51,731 bases of DNA from a virus, in the IMG/VR virus record IMGVR_UViG_3300045988_035990; one strand, given 5' to 3'. This document shows positions 7,037 through 16,150 of the stretch, one piece after another. The notes beneath the pieces were generated by a model. That model was not told the origin of the DNA. It saw only the letters and a program-made list of their open reading frames with translations, and searched no databases. The translations under genes were made by a program, and so were the position numbers. Within the stretch, counting starts at the first letter, position 1, and each line of letters begins with the position of its first letter.

Positions 7037-7843
7037 ATGGCAGATTCAGCACAACAAGCAATTGCCCCTATCAATGAAAAGGGCGTTTGCAATTACAATG
7101 TCGCCGGACAAGACGTAAGATTGTCTTATCAAATCGTTCGCGATTACTTGGTGAAAGGCGGTGGCAAGGTTTCCGACCAAGATTTGGTTCAGTTCATAAG
7201 CATTTGCAAGTTCAATCAGCTTAACCCGTTCTTGGGTGAAGCCTACCTTGTCAAATACGGCACAACGCCCGCGACAATGGTTGTCAGCAAGGAAGCGTTG
7301 TTGAAGCGCGCCGATGCTTGCGAAAATTATGAGGGCATCGAAGCCGGAATCATCGTCATTCGTGATGGCAAGGTCGTTGAATTGGAGGGTTGTTTCTTTG
7401 CCGACAACGACAAGTTGGTTGGCGGATGGGCAAAAGTCTATCGTTCCGACCGCCGTTATCCAACCGTTGCCAAGGTTCGCTTGGATGAATACGACAAGAA
7501 ACAATCGGTTTGGAAAGAAAAGCCATCAACGATGATTTCCAAGGTTGCCAAGGTTCAAGCCTTGCGCGAAGCGTTCCCGGCGCAATTGGGCGCGATGTAC
7601 ACCGCCGAAGAAAAAGGCATCAAGGATGCCGATTATGTGGAAATCAAGGACGAAGTGGAACAGGACAAGCGCGACCACGCCAACAAGAAACACATCGTTA
7701 TTGAAGCATCATCCGCAACATCCCAAGTCGTTGACAAGGAAACGGGCGAAATAAACCACGATAATAACGCGGCAAGGGAAACGCCCACCGATAACGCGAA
7801 AGTGGCGGAAAACGCAAATAACGCCCCAAATCCGGGGTTTTAA
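7037..7843 (+). CDS. recT: RecT-family single-strand annealing protein
   Basis: LNPFLGEAYLVKYG and KVQALREAFP, motifs typical of RecT. Confidence 0.75.
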   Translation: MADSAQQAIAPINEKGVCNYNVAGQDVRLSYQIVRDYLVKGGGKVSDQDLVQFISICKFNQLNPFLGEAYLVKYGTTPATMVVSKEALLKRADACENYEGIEAGIIVIRDGKVVELEGCFFADNDKLVGGWAKVYRSDRRYPTVAKVRLDEYDKKQSVWKEKPSTMISKVAKVQALREAFPAQLGAMYTAEEKGIKDADYVEIKDEVEQDKRDHANKKHIVIEASSATSQVVDKETGEINHDNNAARETPTDNAKVAENANNAPNPGF

Positions 7844-7863
7844 TCACTTAAACCGAAAGGCAA

Positions 7864-8604
7864 ATGGAATTGAAAATATTGGGTTCATCCAGCAAGGGCA
7901 ATTGTTACTTGCTTGACAACGGCAAGGAAGCGTTGATGATTGAATGTGGAATCGCTTTCAAGAACGTACAAAAGGCGGTTGATTTCGACATCACACGAAT
8001 CAAGGCTTGCATCATATCGCACGAACACGGCGACCATGCAAAGCACGTCAAACGTTGCCTTGATGCCATGATTCCTTGCTATATGTCGGACGGGACAAGA
8101 AACGCCATTGGGTTGGCATCGCATCCATTGGCACACGCAATGACCGAAAACGTGTTGTACAAGATAGGAAATTTCGGTGTTTTGCCATTTTGCACCGAAC
8201 ACGATGCCGCCCAGCCTTTCGGGTATCTGATAGCGCATCCCGAATGTGGCACGGTTTTATTCGCGACCGACACATATTATCTGCAATACACGTTCGATGG
8301 CTTGAATAACATTCTTATTGAATGCAACTATCGCCAAGACATCTTGGATGCCAACGTGGAAGCCGGGTTGATTCCGGCAAAGTTACGGGCAAGAACGATG
8401 AAAAGCCATTGCAGCTTTGAAACGTGCAAGGAGATATTGCAAGCGAACGACCTTTCAGAAGTTCACAACATCGTGTTGATTCACCTTTCCGATGGCAATT
8501 CAAACGCCGTTGAGTTCCAGCAAGGAATCGCGGATTTGACACACAAGGTTGTCACCGTTGCCCGTTCGGGAATGACTATCAATTTCAACAAGTCACCATT
8601 TTAA
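7864..8604 (+). CDS. metallo-beta-lactamase-fold hydrolase/nuclease
   Basis: HEHGDH motif, and its position after recT. Confidence 0.7.
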   Translation: MELKILGSSSKGNCYLLDNGKEALMIECGIAFKNVQKAVDFDITRIKACIISHEHGDHAKHVKRCLDAMIPCYMSDGTRNAIGLASHPLAHAMTENVLYKIGNFGVLPFCTEHDAAQPFGYLIAHPECGTVLFATDTYYLQYTFDGLNNILIECNYRQDILDANVEAGLIPAKLRARTMKSHCSFETCKEILQANDLSEVHNIVLIHLSDGNSNAVEFQQGIADLTHKVVTVARSGMTINFNKSPF

Positions 8605-8616
8605 CAATAAAGAAAA

Positions 8617-9240
8617 ATGAAAAAGTACATTATCAAAAACGCGGATGGAAGCGAGCAAAGCGAAATGCAAGCCATCCACAAATCACGCAAAGAAGCCGGG
8701 GAAACCTTGATGGACTACATTTGCGACCACAACGAAGATTTGGACGTTGACGATGACGATTATTTGTCGCCGTTTGATTTCGCCCTTGAAGAAGTTGAAT
8801 GCAAGGAAGTGAACGAAGTAATCACGGACTTTGAGAGCGCAAGAAAAGCCCTTGGTGGCAAGCCGAACGCGGACTTTACCGTTGCAAAGAAGATTCTTTC
8901 CGGAAACGTTGTCCAACTTGAAGATGTCGCAAGACTTGTGACCGACATCAACCCCAAGCACATTGAAGCGTTGATTGCCTTAAACAAGTTGTTCACCATC
9001 GCACAGGCATGGAACAAGGAAGATGGATTTGTACCCGATTTCTCGGATTGGGAACAAGGCAAGTGGTTTCCTTGGTTCGTGTATGACAATGATGCTGCGG
9101 GGTTCGTGTGCGCGAGTACGTCTCGCGCGCCTGCGTCTGCGACTGCGAGTTTCGGTTCTCGGCTTTGCTTCAAATCGTCCGCGCGCGCCGCGCAATTCGG
9201 CAAGCAATTCGCCGACCTTTACAACAAGGTTTTCTTGTAA
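8617..9240 (+). CDS. remote DGR target protein (small, acidic, no signal peptide) carrying VR2
   Basis: 207 aa. The C-terminal AAGFVCASTSRAPASATASFGSRLCF is encoded by a repeat of the TR. Confidence 0.8.
   Translation: MKKYIIKNADGSEQSEMQAIHKSRKEAGETLMDYICDHNEDLDVDDDDYLSPFDFALEEVECKEVNEVITDFESARKALGGKPNADFTVAKKILSGNVVQLEDVARLVTDINPKHIEALIALNKLFTIAQAWNKEDGFVPDFSDWEQGKWFPWFVYDNDAAGFVCASTSRAPASATASFGSRLCFKSSARAAQFGKQFADLYNKVFL
9096..9170 (+). repeat. DGR variable repeat 2 (VR2)
   Basis: 75-nt ungapped alignment to TR 47164-47238. There are 15 mismatches, all at TR adenines. Confidence 0.85.
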
Positions 9241-9241
9241 T

Positions 9242-9260
9242 GTGTTTCACTATAAAACAA
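9242..9260. promoter_or_regulatory. GTGTTT-N7-AAACA palindromic motif, copy a
   Basis: gtgtttcactataaaacaa directly after the stop codon of 8617-9240. Confidence 0.5.
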
Positions 9261-9282
9261 ATTAGCAATAAACAACAAGACA

Positions 9283-9546
9283 ATGGGCAAGGATATTGCC
9301 AACCCAATCCAGCGTGAACAGTTCATCAAGGACAACGCGGATGCGTGCGAGAACAAGGGTTACATGAAAGCGTACACCCCGGAAGAACTGCAAGGACACA
9401 AAGAGAAACTTGCGAACGTTTCCATTGAGATTTCCGAAATCGAAAACGAGATTAAGGAAATCAAAAAGGAGTACGCCGAACGCTTGAAGCCCTTGAAAGA
9501 GGCACGCGAAAACATGGTTTCCAACATCAAGGCGAAAGCCGAATAA
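9283..9546 (+). CDS. hypothetical protein (coiled-coil)
   Basis: 87 aa ORF. Confidence 0.55.
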   Translation: MGKDIANPIQREQFIKDNADACENKGYMKAYTPEELQGHKEKLANVSIEISEIENEIKEIKKEYAERLKPLKEARENMVSNIKAKAE

Positions 9547-9723
9547 GTGAACGAAATTTGTTATCGTTTCACCGACCGCGATGCCAAGATGACGGAGTAT
9601 TACAACCGCGATGGCGACCTTGTGGAAATGCGCCCGGCAACCGCCGAAGAGTTGCAGCCAACACTATTTATGAACGCACAATATATGAACACCGCCGCCG
9701 TAAAGGATGGCACAAACGATTAA
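9547..9723 (+). CDS. small hypothetical protein (GTG start, or ATG at 9589)
   Basis: An open frame fills the gap between 9546 and 9727. It is too short for the ORF track. Confidence 0.3.
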   Translation: MNEICYRFTDRDAKMTEYYNRDGDLVEMRPATAEELQPTLFMNAQYMNTAAVKDGTND

Positions 9724-9726
9724 AAT

Positions 9727-10461
9727 ATGAACAACGAGAAAATGAACATCAATCTTGCACCGGGAATGAATGAAATCATCATCCGCGAGGGTGCAGCACC
9801 CAAGGTTCTTGACCCGAAAGCCCCGGTCAAGATGAACATCAACGGAACAATCGGCGCGCCCGTGGAGTTCTTGAAGAAGCGTATCAACGCCGGACAATTT
9901 GAGCAGAAGAATTGCCACATCATCGTTGACCGCGAGAAAATCACCATCGAACTTGTGGTGAACGAATCCGATGAATACACGCGTGGCACAATCAAGGGAA
10001 CATTGCAGTTCCATCCCAAGTTCATTGAATTTGGCATCAACACGGGCAAGGTGTGGTCGCCGTTTGACTTTTCGATGTTCTGCAAGATGAACCGCACGTT
10101 CTTTGCAGACAAGAACGTGAACATGACCTTGGTTTCGGCGTGCAAGAATTTCACGGCAACCGTGAACAACGCCATCGAAAGAAGCATCAAGGAGAACGGC
10201 GACCGGACGGACAATTTCGCCCAAGTGGTCAATTCCAACTTGCCGGAATCGTTCACGCTTTCAATCCCTGTTTTCAAGGGTGGCGACAAGGAGAACTTGG
10301 AGGTGGAAACATTCGCCAAGATTGACGGACGCAACGTTGCATTCGTGTTGATGTCGCCGGGTGCGGAAGAAACACTTGAAACATTGCGCGACACCGCGAT
10401 TGACAAGGAACTTGAAGCAATCAAGGAGATTGCCCCGGAAATCGCAATCATCGAAATCTAA
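9727..10461 (+). CDS. hypothetical protein
   Basis: 244 aa ORF. Confidence 0.6.
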   Translation: MNNEKMNINLAPGMNEIIIREGAAPKVLDPKAPVKMNINGTIGAPVEFLKKRINAGQFEQKNCHIIVDREKITIELVVNESDEYTRGTIKGTLQFHPKFIEFGINTGKVWSPFDFSMFCKMNRTFFADKNVNMTLVSACKNFTATVNNAIERSIKENGDRTDNFAQVVNSNLPESFTLSIPVFKGGDKENLEVETFAKIDGRNVAFVLMSPGAEETLETLRDTAIDKELEAIKEIAPEIAIIEI

Positions 10462-10473
10462 CAACAAGGCAAT

Positions 10474-10505
10474 CCCGCCGCCTTTCCATCCGGTCGGGTG
10501 GCGGG
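10474..10505 (+). terminator. GC-rich intergenic hairpin
   Basis: cccgcc...ggcggg stem flanking tttccatccggtcggg. Confidence 0.35.
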
Positions 10506-10528
10506 AAAGCCTTTAAAACGCATTCAGC

Positions 10529-11386
10529 ATGAAAGATTCATATTATTTCCAGCATGACTACAACGCGCGAAACGACCCCAAGTTGCAAGACGTGTTGATT
10601 GAATTGGGCGTTGAGGGCATCGGCATTTATTGGTGTATCATCGAACAACTATATGAGCAAGGCGGAACGTTGCCGTTGCGTTACTGCAAAAGCATTGCAT
10701 TTGCATTGCATGTGGATTACAAGACCGTTGAACGACTTGTGAACAATTACGGATTATTCGCCAATGATGGTGAAAATATGTGGTCGGATAGTGTTTTGAA
10801 GCGTTTAGACAAGCGAAAGGATATTTCCGACAAGCGCAAGCAAGCGGCAATCGCAAGATGGCGGCAAAACCTTGACAATCAACGGCAAACGACAATTCAA
10901 GATGGTAATGAAGAAACGTCTGGAGATACACAAGCAATACAAACGCAAAGCACAAGCAATGCAAATGCAGAACATAAAGAAAAGGAAAGAAAAGAAAAGA
11001 ATAATATATCTACTAACGTAGATACGTCAACTTTCGTTGACGCGCCGGAGCAAAAAAGGGAATTTTCGGTTGATTATTCAAGATTGTTGGCATTATGGAA
11101 AGAACAATGTCCGTCATTCCCACAACCACGTTCCCTTGCTGATGATGACAAACGCAAGATTCGGCAAAGGTTCGGCGAAATGATGACCGCAAAAGACCCG
11201 GAAACGGCATACCAGCGCATCAAGACGATATTCCAAACCGTCAACGCGTCCGATTTCTGCAAAAAGGGAAAATGGTGTACATTCCGGTGGATATTCACGA
11301 ACGCGACAAATTGGCGCAAGGTTGAAGATGGCAACTATATAGACCGCCCCGGCGGAAACAATAAAAGAGCAAACGAAGAATGGTGA
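10529..11386 (+). CDS. replication organizer (DUF4373 / Lin1244-like N-terminal domain)
   Basis: N-terminus MKDSYYFQHDYNARNDPKLQ...GIYWCIIEQLYEQGG. Confidence 0.7.
   Translation: MKDSYYFQHDYNARNDPKLQDVLIELGVEGIGIYWCIIEQLYEQGGTLPLRYCKSIAFALHVDYKTVERLVNNYGLFANDGENMWSDSVLKRLDKRKDISDKRKQAAIARWRQNLDNQRQTTIQDGNEETSGDTQAIQTQSTSNANAEHKEKERKEKNNISTNVDTSTFVDAPEQKREFSVDYSRLLALWKEQCPSFPQPRSLADDDKRKIRQRFGEMMTAKDPETAYQRIKTIFQTVNASDFCKKGKWCTFRWIFTNATNWRKVEDGNYIDRPGGNNKRANEEW
10929..11042. other. origin-like cluster inside the replication organizer gene
   Basis: cacaagcaatRcaaa twice (10929-10943 and 10951-10965), a purine/A-rich tract at 10975-11004, and the inverted repeat cgtcaac/gttgacg at 11025-11042. 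Confidence 0.3.
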
Positions 11387-12132
11387 ACAACGAGAACAAG
11401 AAACCGACAATGCCAAGCATCGAACAGGTGTTGAACGCGATTCGGCAACGCGATATGTTTTCCGGATTCCAGCGTTACCAATACACAAAGCCGGGTTGGT
11501 ACGACCTTGACAACGCGATGAAGATAATTGAAGCAATCGGAAAAAGCCGGAATCCGGCGTTCGTCATTGACGATGAAAACCGATTCGCATTTGAGAATTT
11601 CATCAAATGGGCGCATTGCGACACGTCAATGAAGTGTCTTGACCCTGTATCGGGACAAGTCATCCCCGGCAGACTGAAACGCGGAATCTATATCGCCGGA
11701 AACACCGGAACGGGCAAAACGTGGTGCATGGAAATCATGCAAGCGTACATCCAAGCTATCGGAATCAAGGTTTTATGGCATACCGACAACGACCCGCGCC
11801 CGTTGTATTGGCGCACAATACGCGCCGATGGTTTGTGTGACGTGTGGGCGGAATCCGGCAACATTCAGCAATACAAGACCGCGCCGATGCTTGCCATTCA
11901 AGACCTTGGCAACGAACCGCCGGAAACGCTTTACATGGGCAACCGTCTTGATGTGGTGCGTTACGTTATCGAATACCGGGGTGATATGCACGCCGAAATG
12001 ACTTTCATCACATCGAATTTGAGGATTGGCGGCGAAATCCTCAAAGAACGGTATGGCGACCGCGTATCAAGCCGATTGCAAGAAATGTGCAACTATCTTG
12101 TGATAAAGGGCAAAGACCGCCGCAAACTTTGA
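11380..12132 (+). CDS. DnaC/IstB-like helicase loader ATPase
   Basis: Walker A GNTGTGKTW and TFITSNL. Confidence 0.7.
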   Translation: MVNNENKKPTMPSIEQVLNAIRQRDMFSGFQRYQYTKPGWYDLDNAMKIIEAIGKSRNPAFVIDDENRFAFENFIKWAHCDTSMKCLDPVSGQVIPGRLKRGIYIAGNTGTGKTWCMEIMQAYIQAIGIKVLWHTDNDPRPLYWRTIRADGLCDVWAESGNIQQYKTAPMLAIQDLGNEPPETLYMGNRLDVVRYVIEYRGDMHAEMTFITSNLRIGGEILKERYGDRVSSRLQEMCNYLVIKGKDRRKL

Positions 12133-12163
12133 TTTGGATTACTAACAATGAAAATTTACAATT

Positions 12164-12943
12164 ATGAATGAAATCATCCAATCAAGCGTTTACAAAACGC
12201 AAAAGGGAACGCCCGTGACCGATTCCGTCAAGGTTGCACAGGTGTTCGGCAAGATGCACAAGAACATAATGAAGTCCATCCGCAACATCATGGGGTCGGC
12301 TCAAAATTTAGCCAACGAACATTGGTTTGCCGAAACCACATACACGGATGCACAAGGGAAGCGGCAACCCATGTTCTTGATGAACCGCGATGGCTTTTCC
12401 TTGCTTACAATGTCATTGACCGGAGAAAAGGCAATGGCATTCAAGGTGGCATTCATCAACGCATTCAACAAGATGGAGGAAACAATAAAGGAACTTGCAC
12501 CAGTAGCCCCGGCGATTCCTCAATCGTTCGCACAGGCTTTGCGCCTTGCAGCGGAACAGGCGGAAACAATCGAAAGCCAACAAAAGCAGATTGAAGCGCA
12601 AGCCCCGAAAGTGGCATTCGCGACTGCCATCATCAATTCCCCGTCATCGTGCGGGATTGATGAACTTGCAAAGATTCTGAAACAAAACGGCGTGGATTTC
12701 GGAGAAATCCGGCTTTTCCAATGGTTGCGCGACAACGAATATTTGTGCAGCGTTGGAACGGCACGAAACCAGCCAACACAAAAAGCCCTTGACCTTGGCT
12801 TGTTTGAACTGAAACCGCAAACGTGGACAAACCCACGGACGGATGAAGTGATGACCACCACGCGAACAATGGTGACAGGAAAAGGCAAGGAATATTTCAT
12901 CAACAAATTCATCTATAATGCAGAGAGGAAGAAAAGCCAATGA
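12164..12943 (+). CDS. Rha-family regulator with a KilAC-type antirepressor C-terminus
   Basis: VTDSVKVAQVFGKMHKNIMKSIRNI (Rha) plus IDELAKILKQNGVDFGEIRLFQWLRDNEYL (KilAC-like). Confidence 0.7.
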   Translation: MNEIIQSSVYKTQKGTPVTDSVKVAQVFGKMHKNIMKSIRNIMGSAQNLANEHWFAETTYTDAQGKRQPMFLMNRDGFSLLTMSLTGEKAMAFKVAFINAFNKMEETIKELAPVAPAIPQSFAQALRLAAEQAETIESQQKQIEAQAPKVAFATAIINSPSSCGIDELAKILKQNGVDFGEIRLFQWLRDNEYLCSVGTARNQPTQKALDLGLFELKPQTWTNPRTDEVMTTTRTMVTGKGKEYFINKFIYNAERKKSQ

Positions 12944-13527
12944 AAATTTATGTATCGGGCAAGATTACGGGCTTGCCTATCGAAGAAGCAAAGCAACGGT
13001 TCGCCAATTCGCAAGCGTTGCTTGAATCAATCGGGTTTGAAGTTGTGAACCCGTTGGAATTTGGGTTGTGTGACGAAAAGGCATCTTGGGAATCGCACAT
13101 GGTCAAGGACATCGAATTGTTGTTTGGTTGTGATGCCATTTACATGATGGACAATTGGACGGGAAGCACGGGCGCGGGCATTGAATATGACATCGCCTTT
13201 CGTCTTGGCAAGGATATTTGGTTTGAATCCAGCTTTGCCCGTGACAATCGCAACGTGATGCGCATCCAAAACGCCATCCACGAAGTGATGGGCTTGAAGT
13301 TTTCGGATTATATCACTAAGTCGCGCAAGCGTGATGGGTTTTATGCGCGCATGATATTCGTTCATCATTGCCGGGCAATGAAGATGAAGTTGACGAAGAT
13401 TGCGCAATACGTCCATCGCGACCATTCATCCATGTTGCACTTGTTGAAGAAGTACAACGATGATATGCGATTCAACCCGCCGTTTAGAGATTTAGCCACG
13501 AAAGTGAATGATATATTAAATAGATAA
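12940..13527 (+). CDS. DUF4406 (nucleoside deoxyribosyltransferase-like) fused to a DnaA domain IV-like HTH
   Basis: MKIYVSGKITGLP...CDAIYMMDNWTGSTGAGIEYDIA, then MIFVHHCRAMKMKLTKIAQYVHRDHSSMLHLLKKY. Confidence 0.6.
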   Translation: MKIYVSGKITGLPIEEAKQRFANSQALLESIGFEVVNPLEFGLCDEKASWESHMVKDIELLFGCDAIYMMDNWTGSTGAGIEYDIAFRLGKDIWFESSFARDNRNVMRIQNAIHEVMGLKFSDYITKSRKRDGFYARMIFVHHCRAMKMKLTKIAQYVHRDHSSMLHLLKKYNDDMRFNPPFRDLATKVNDILNR

Positions 13528-13533
13528 GTTACA

Positions 13534-14603
13534 ATGCACAAATTTGATTATCGTTGGACTTTGGCGGATGCCCATTTCACCAAAGACAAAGGCACGGTTT
13601 TTTCGTGCTTTGCTTGTGGGGGGGTAGTTCTATGGGCTACAAGTTAGCCGGATTCGATGTGATAGGATGCAACGAAATAGACCACCGCATGATGTTCACA
13701 TATTGCAAGAATCACAATCCGCGTTTCCCTTTCCTTGAACCGATTCAGACATTCAAGGATAAACAGGATTTGCCGCCGGAGTTATTCAACCTTGACATCT
13801 TGGATGGTTCACCGCCTTGTTCAACATTCAGCATGGCGGGAAGCCGTGAAGAAGCATGGGGAAAGATGAAGAAGTTCCGGGAGGGACAAGCCGAACAAGT
13901 TCTTGATACGTTGTTTTTCGATTTCATCCAGCTTGCAAAGCGGTTGCAACCGAAAGTCGTTGTTGCGGAAAACGTGAAAGGATTGTTGCTTGGTAGCGCG
14001 AAAGAGTATATGACAAACATTTATCGTGGCTTTGATGATGCCGGATATTATGTGAACCATTACTTGCTTGATGCCCAAACGATGGGTGTTCCTCAAAGGC
14101 GGCAACGTGTGTTTTTCGTGTGCTTGCGCAAAGATTTGGTCGGGTTCGTTCCTTGCGAACAAACGTTGTTTGAAACCTTGCCAAGATTGAATATGAATTT
14201 CAATGAAGCGGTAATTCCTTTCAAGGATGTTGCCGATGGCATGGGTGATGGCGTTGATTCACCGAAAATGCGCAAATGTTGGGAATTACGCATGGATGGC
14301 GATTCGGATTTGTCAAACGCAAATGAACGAGAGTTCGGGAAAAGTGGAATGTTCAACAATCAATATGTCTATCCGGACAAGGTTTCGCCAACGCTTGCAG
14401 CGCGAAAAGATTGCTTGATACGTTTTGACATACCAAAGTATTTGAGCGCATCCGAAGTTTGTTGCATTTCGTCATTTCCGCAAGATTACGAATTTGGGGG
14501 TCAAATACCCCATTACGTTTGCGGAATGAGCGTTCCACCCGTGATGATGGCACAAGTGGCATCCCGTATATATGACCAATGGTTATCAAAAATTAGAAAA
14601 TAG
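13534..14603 (+). CDS. DNA (cytosine-5)-methyltransferase, frame interrupted at a G7 tract (13618-13624)
   Basis: The ATG at 13534 encodes ...GTVFSCFACGG, then the frame is lost. The downstream frame (ORF 13554-14603) carries GGSSMGYKLAGF, GSPPCSTFS, AENVKGL and QRRQRVFF. Confidence 0.8.
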
Positions 14604-14607
14604 GATT

Positions 14608-15372
14608 ATGAACAAAGTTGAATTATTCAATGACCATTTTCAGAATTTCAAGGTTTATGGCATACCAAAGGCGCAATTGATTATTGCCGACCCGCCATAT
14701 AACCTTGGAAAGAACGCATACGCCAGCAATCCATCGTGGTATGTTGACGGGGACAACAAGAATGGGGAATCGGACAAAGCCGGAAAGGAGTTTTTCGACA
14801 CCGACAAGGATTTCCGCCCGGCTGAATTTATGCACTTTTGTTCGCAAATGCTTGTGAAAGAGCCAAAGGAATCCGGAAAAGCACCTTGCATGATTGTGTT
14901 TTGCGAGTTTGAACAACAATTCAAATACATCGAACTTGGCAAGCAATATGGGTTCAACCATTACATCAACCTTGTGTTCCGAAAGAATTTTTCCGCACAG
15001 GTATTGAAAGCCAATATGCGAATCGTTGGAAATTGCGAATATGGCGTGTTACTATATCGCGACAAGTTGCCAAAGTTCAACAATGATGCCGTTGGCGGTG
15101 GAATGGTGTTCAATTGCATTGATTGGGGACGTGACACCAAAACGCCAAAGGTACATCCGACACAAAAGCCCGTGCCATTGTTGCAATACCTTATCCGCAT
15201 ATTCACCGACCCCGGCGATGTTGTCATTGACCCGTGCGCAGGAAGCGGTTCAACGCTTTTCGCCGCAAAGGAACTTGGGCGGCGCGCATACGGATTTGAA
15301 ATCAAAAAGGACTTTTTCAAGGCGGCACAAGAAAAGGTTTTGAGCCGCCCTATTCAAGCAAGTTTGTTCTAA
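14608..15372 (+). CDS. N6-adenine or N4-cytosine DNA methyltransferase (beta class)
   Basis: DPPY (IIADPPYNLG) precedes VIDPCAGSGST. The ATG at 14608 follows the upstream stop codon. Confidence 0.8.
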   Translation: MNKVELFNDHFQNFKVYGIPKAQLIIADPPYNLGKNAYASNPSWYVDGDNKNGESDKAGKEFFDTDKDFRPAEFMHFCSQMLVKEPKESGKAPCMIVFCEFEQQFKYIELGKQYGFNHYINLVFRKNFSAQVLKANMRIVGNCEYGVLLYRDKLPKFNNDAVGGGMVFNCIDWGRDTKTPKVHPTQKPVPLLQYLIRIFTDPGDVVIDPCAGSGSTLFAAKELGRRAYGFEIKKDFFKAAQEKVLSRPIQASLF

Positions 15373-15385
15373 TAAATATAAAATT

Positions 15386-15958
15386 ATGAAGTTATTATTT
15401 TTCGACCTTGAAACAACAGGAACAAACCCCGGAAGAAACGGAATCCATCAAATTTCCGGTCAAGTCGTAATTGACGGAATCGTGAAAGAATCGTTTGATT
15501 TCCACGTCCAGCCAAACCCGAAAGCAGCCATTGAGGATGAAGCCTTGGCGGTTGCGGGTGTTACCCGTGAACAAATCGCGAAATATCCGGCGATGGGTAC
15601 GGTGTACCGTCAATTTGTCGCAATGCTTGGCAAGTACGTTGACAAGTACAATTCAAAGGACAAGTTCTTTTTGGTTGGGTACAACAACGCCGCATTCGAC
15701 AATCAATTCTTGCGCGGATTTTTCTTGCAGAACAACGACAAGTTCTTTGGTTCATGGTTTTGGGCAAATTCAATGGACGTGATGGTTCTTGCGACCGTGT
15801 ATCTTGCAAACAAGCGCACGGAAATGGAGATTTTCAAGTTGTCAACGGTTGCGGCAACGCTTGGCGTGCAAGTGGATTGTGATTCGTTGCACAATGCAAT
15901 GTATGACATCGAATTGACAAAGGCGGTGTTTGACATCGTGACGGTCATTAACATTTAG
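15386..15958 (+). CDS. DEDDh 3'-5' exonuclease (DnaQ-like)
   Basis: FFDLETTG, GYNNAAFDNQFL and HNAMYDIELT. Confidence 0.75.
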   Translation: MKLLFFDLETTGTNPGRNGIHQISGQVVIDGIVKESFDFHVQPNPKAAIEDEALAVAGVTREQIAKYPAMGTVYRQFVAMLGKYVDKYNSKDKFFLVGYNNAAFDNQFLRGFFLQNNDKFFGSWFWANSMDVMVLATVYLANKRTEMEIFKLSTVAATLGVQVDCDSLHNAMYDIELTKAVFDIVTVINI

Positions 15959-15963
15959 AACAT

Positions 15964-15977
15964 CTTTCGCAACAATG
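15964..15977 (+). promoter_or_regulatory. CTTTCGCAACAATG start-codon motif, copy 4
   Basis: ctttcgcaacaATG, with the ATG at 15975. Confidence 0.55.
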
Positions 15978-16136
15978 AAAACTTTATTTCTTGATGTCAT
16001 GTTGAATGACCGATTTGTTTGCACGTTGAAATACAAGTTTTGTCCATTGTTCCCAATCGAACTTGACGACTTGAAGAAGTTCATCGAAAGCAAACGCCCA
16101 TCGTTAAAGGGCAAAGATTATCGAATTGCATTCTAA
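15975..16136 (+). CDS. small hypothetical protein (53 aa)
   Basis: An open frame fills the gap. It is preceded by the start-codon motif and is too short for the ORF track. Confidence 0.4.
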   Translation: MKTLFLDVMLNDRFVCTLKYKFCPLFPIELDDLKKFIESKRPSLKGKDYRIAF

Positions 16137-16138
16137 TA

Positions 16139-16150
16139 TTCGCAACAATG
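16139..16150 (+). promoter_or_regulatory. TTCGCAACAATG start-codon motif, copy 5
   Basis: ttcgcaacaATG, with the ATG being the start of ORF 16148. Confidence 0.55.
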
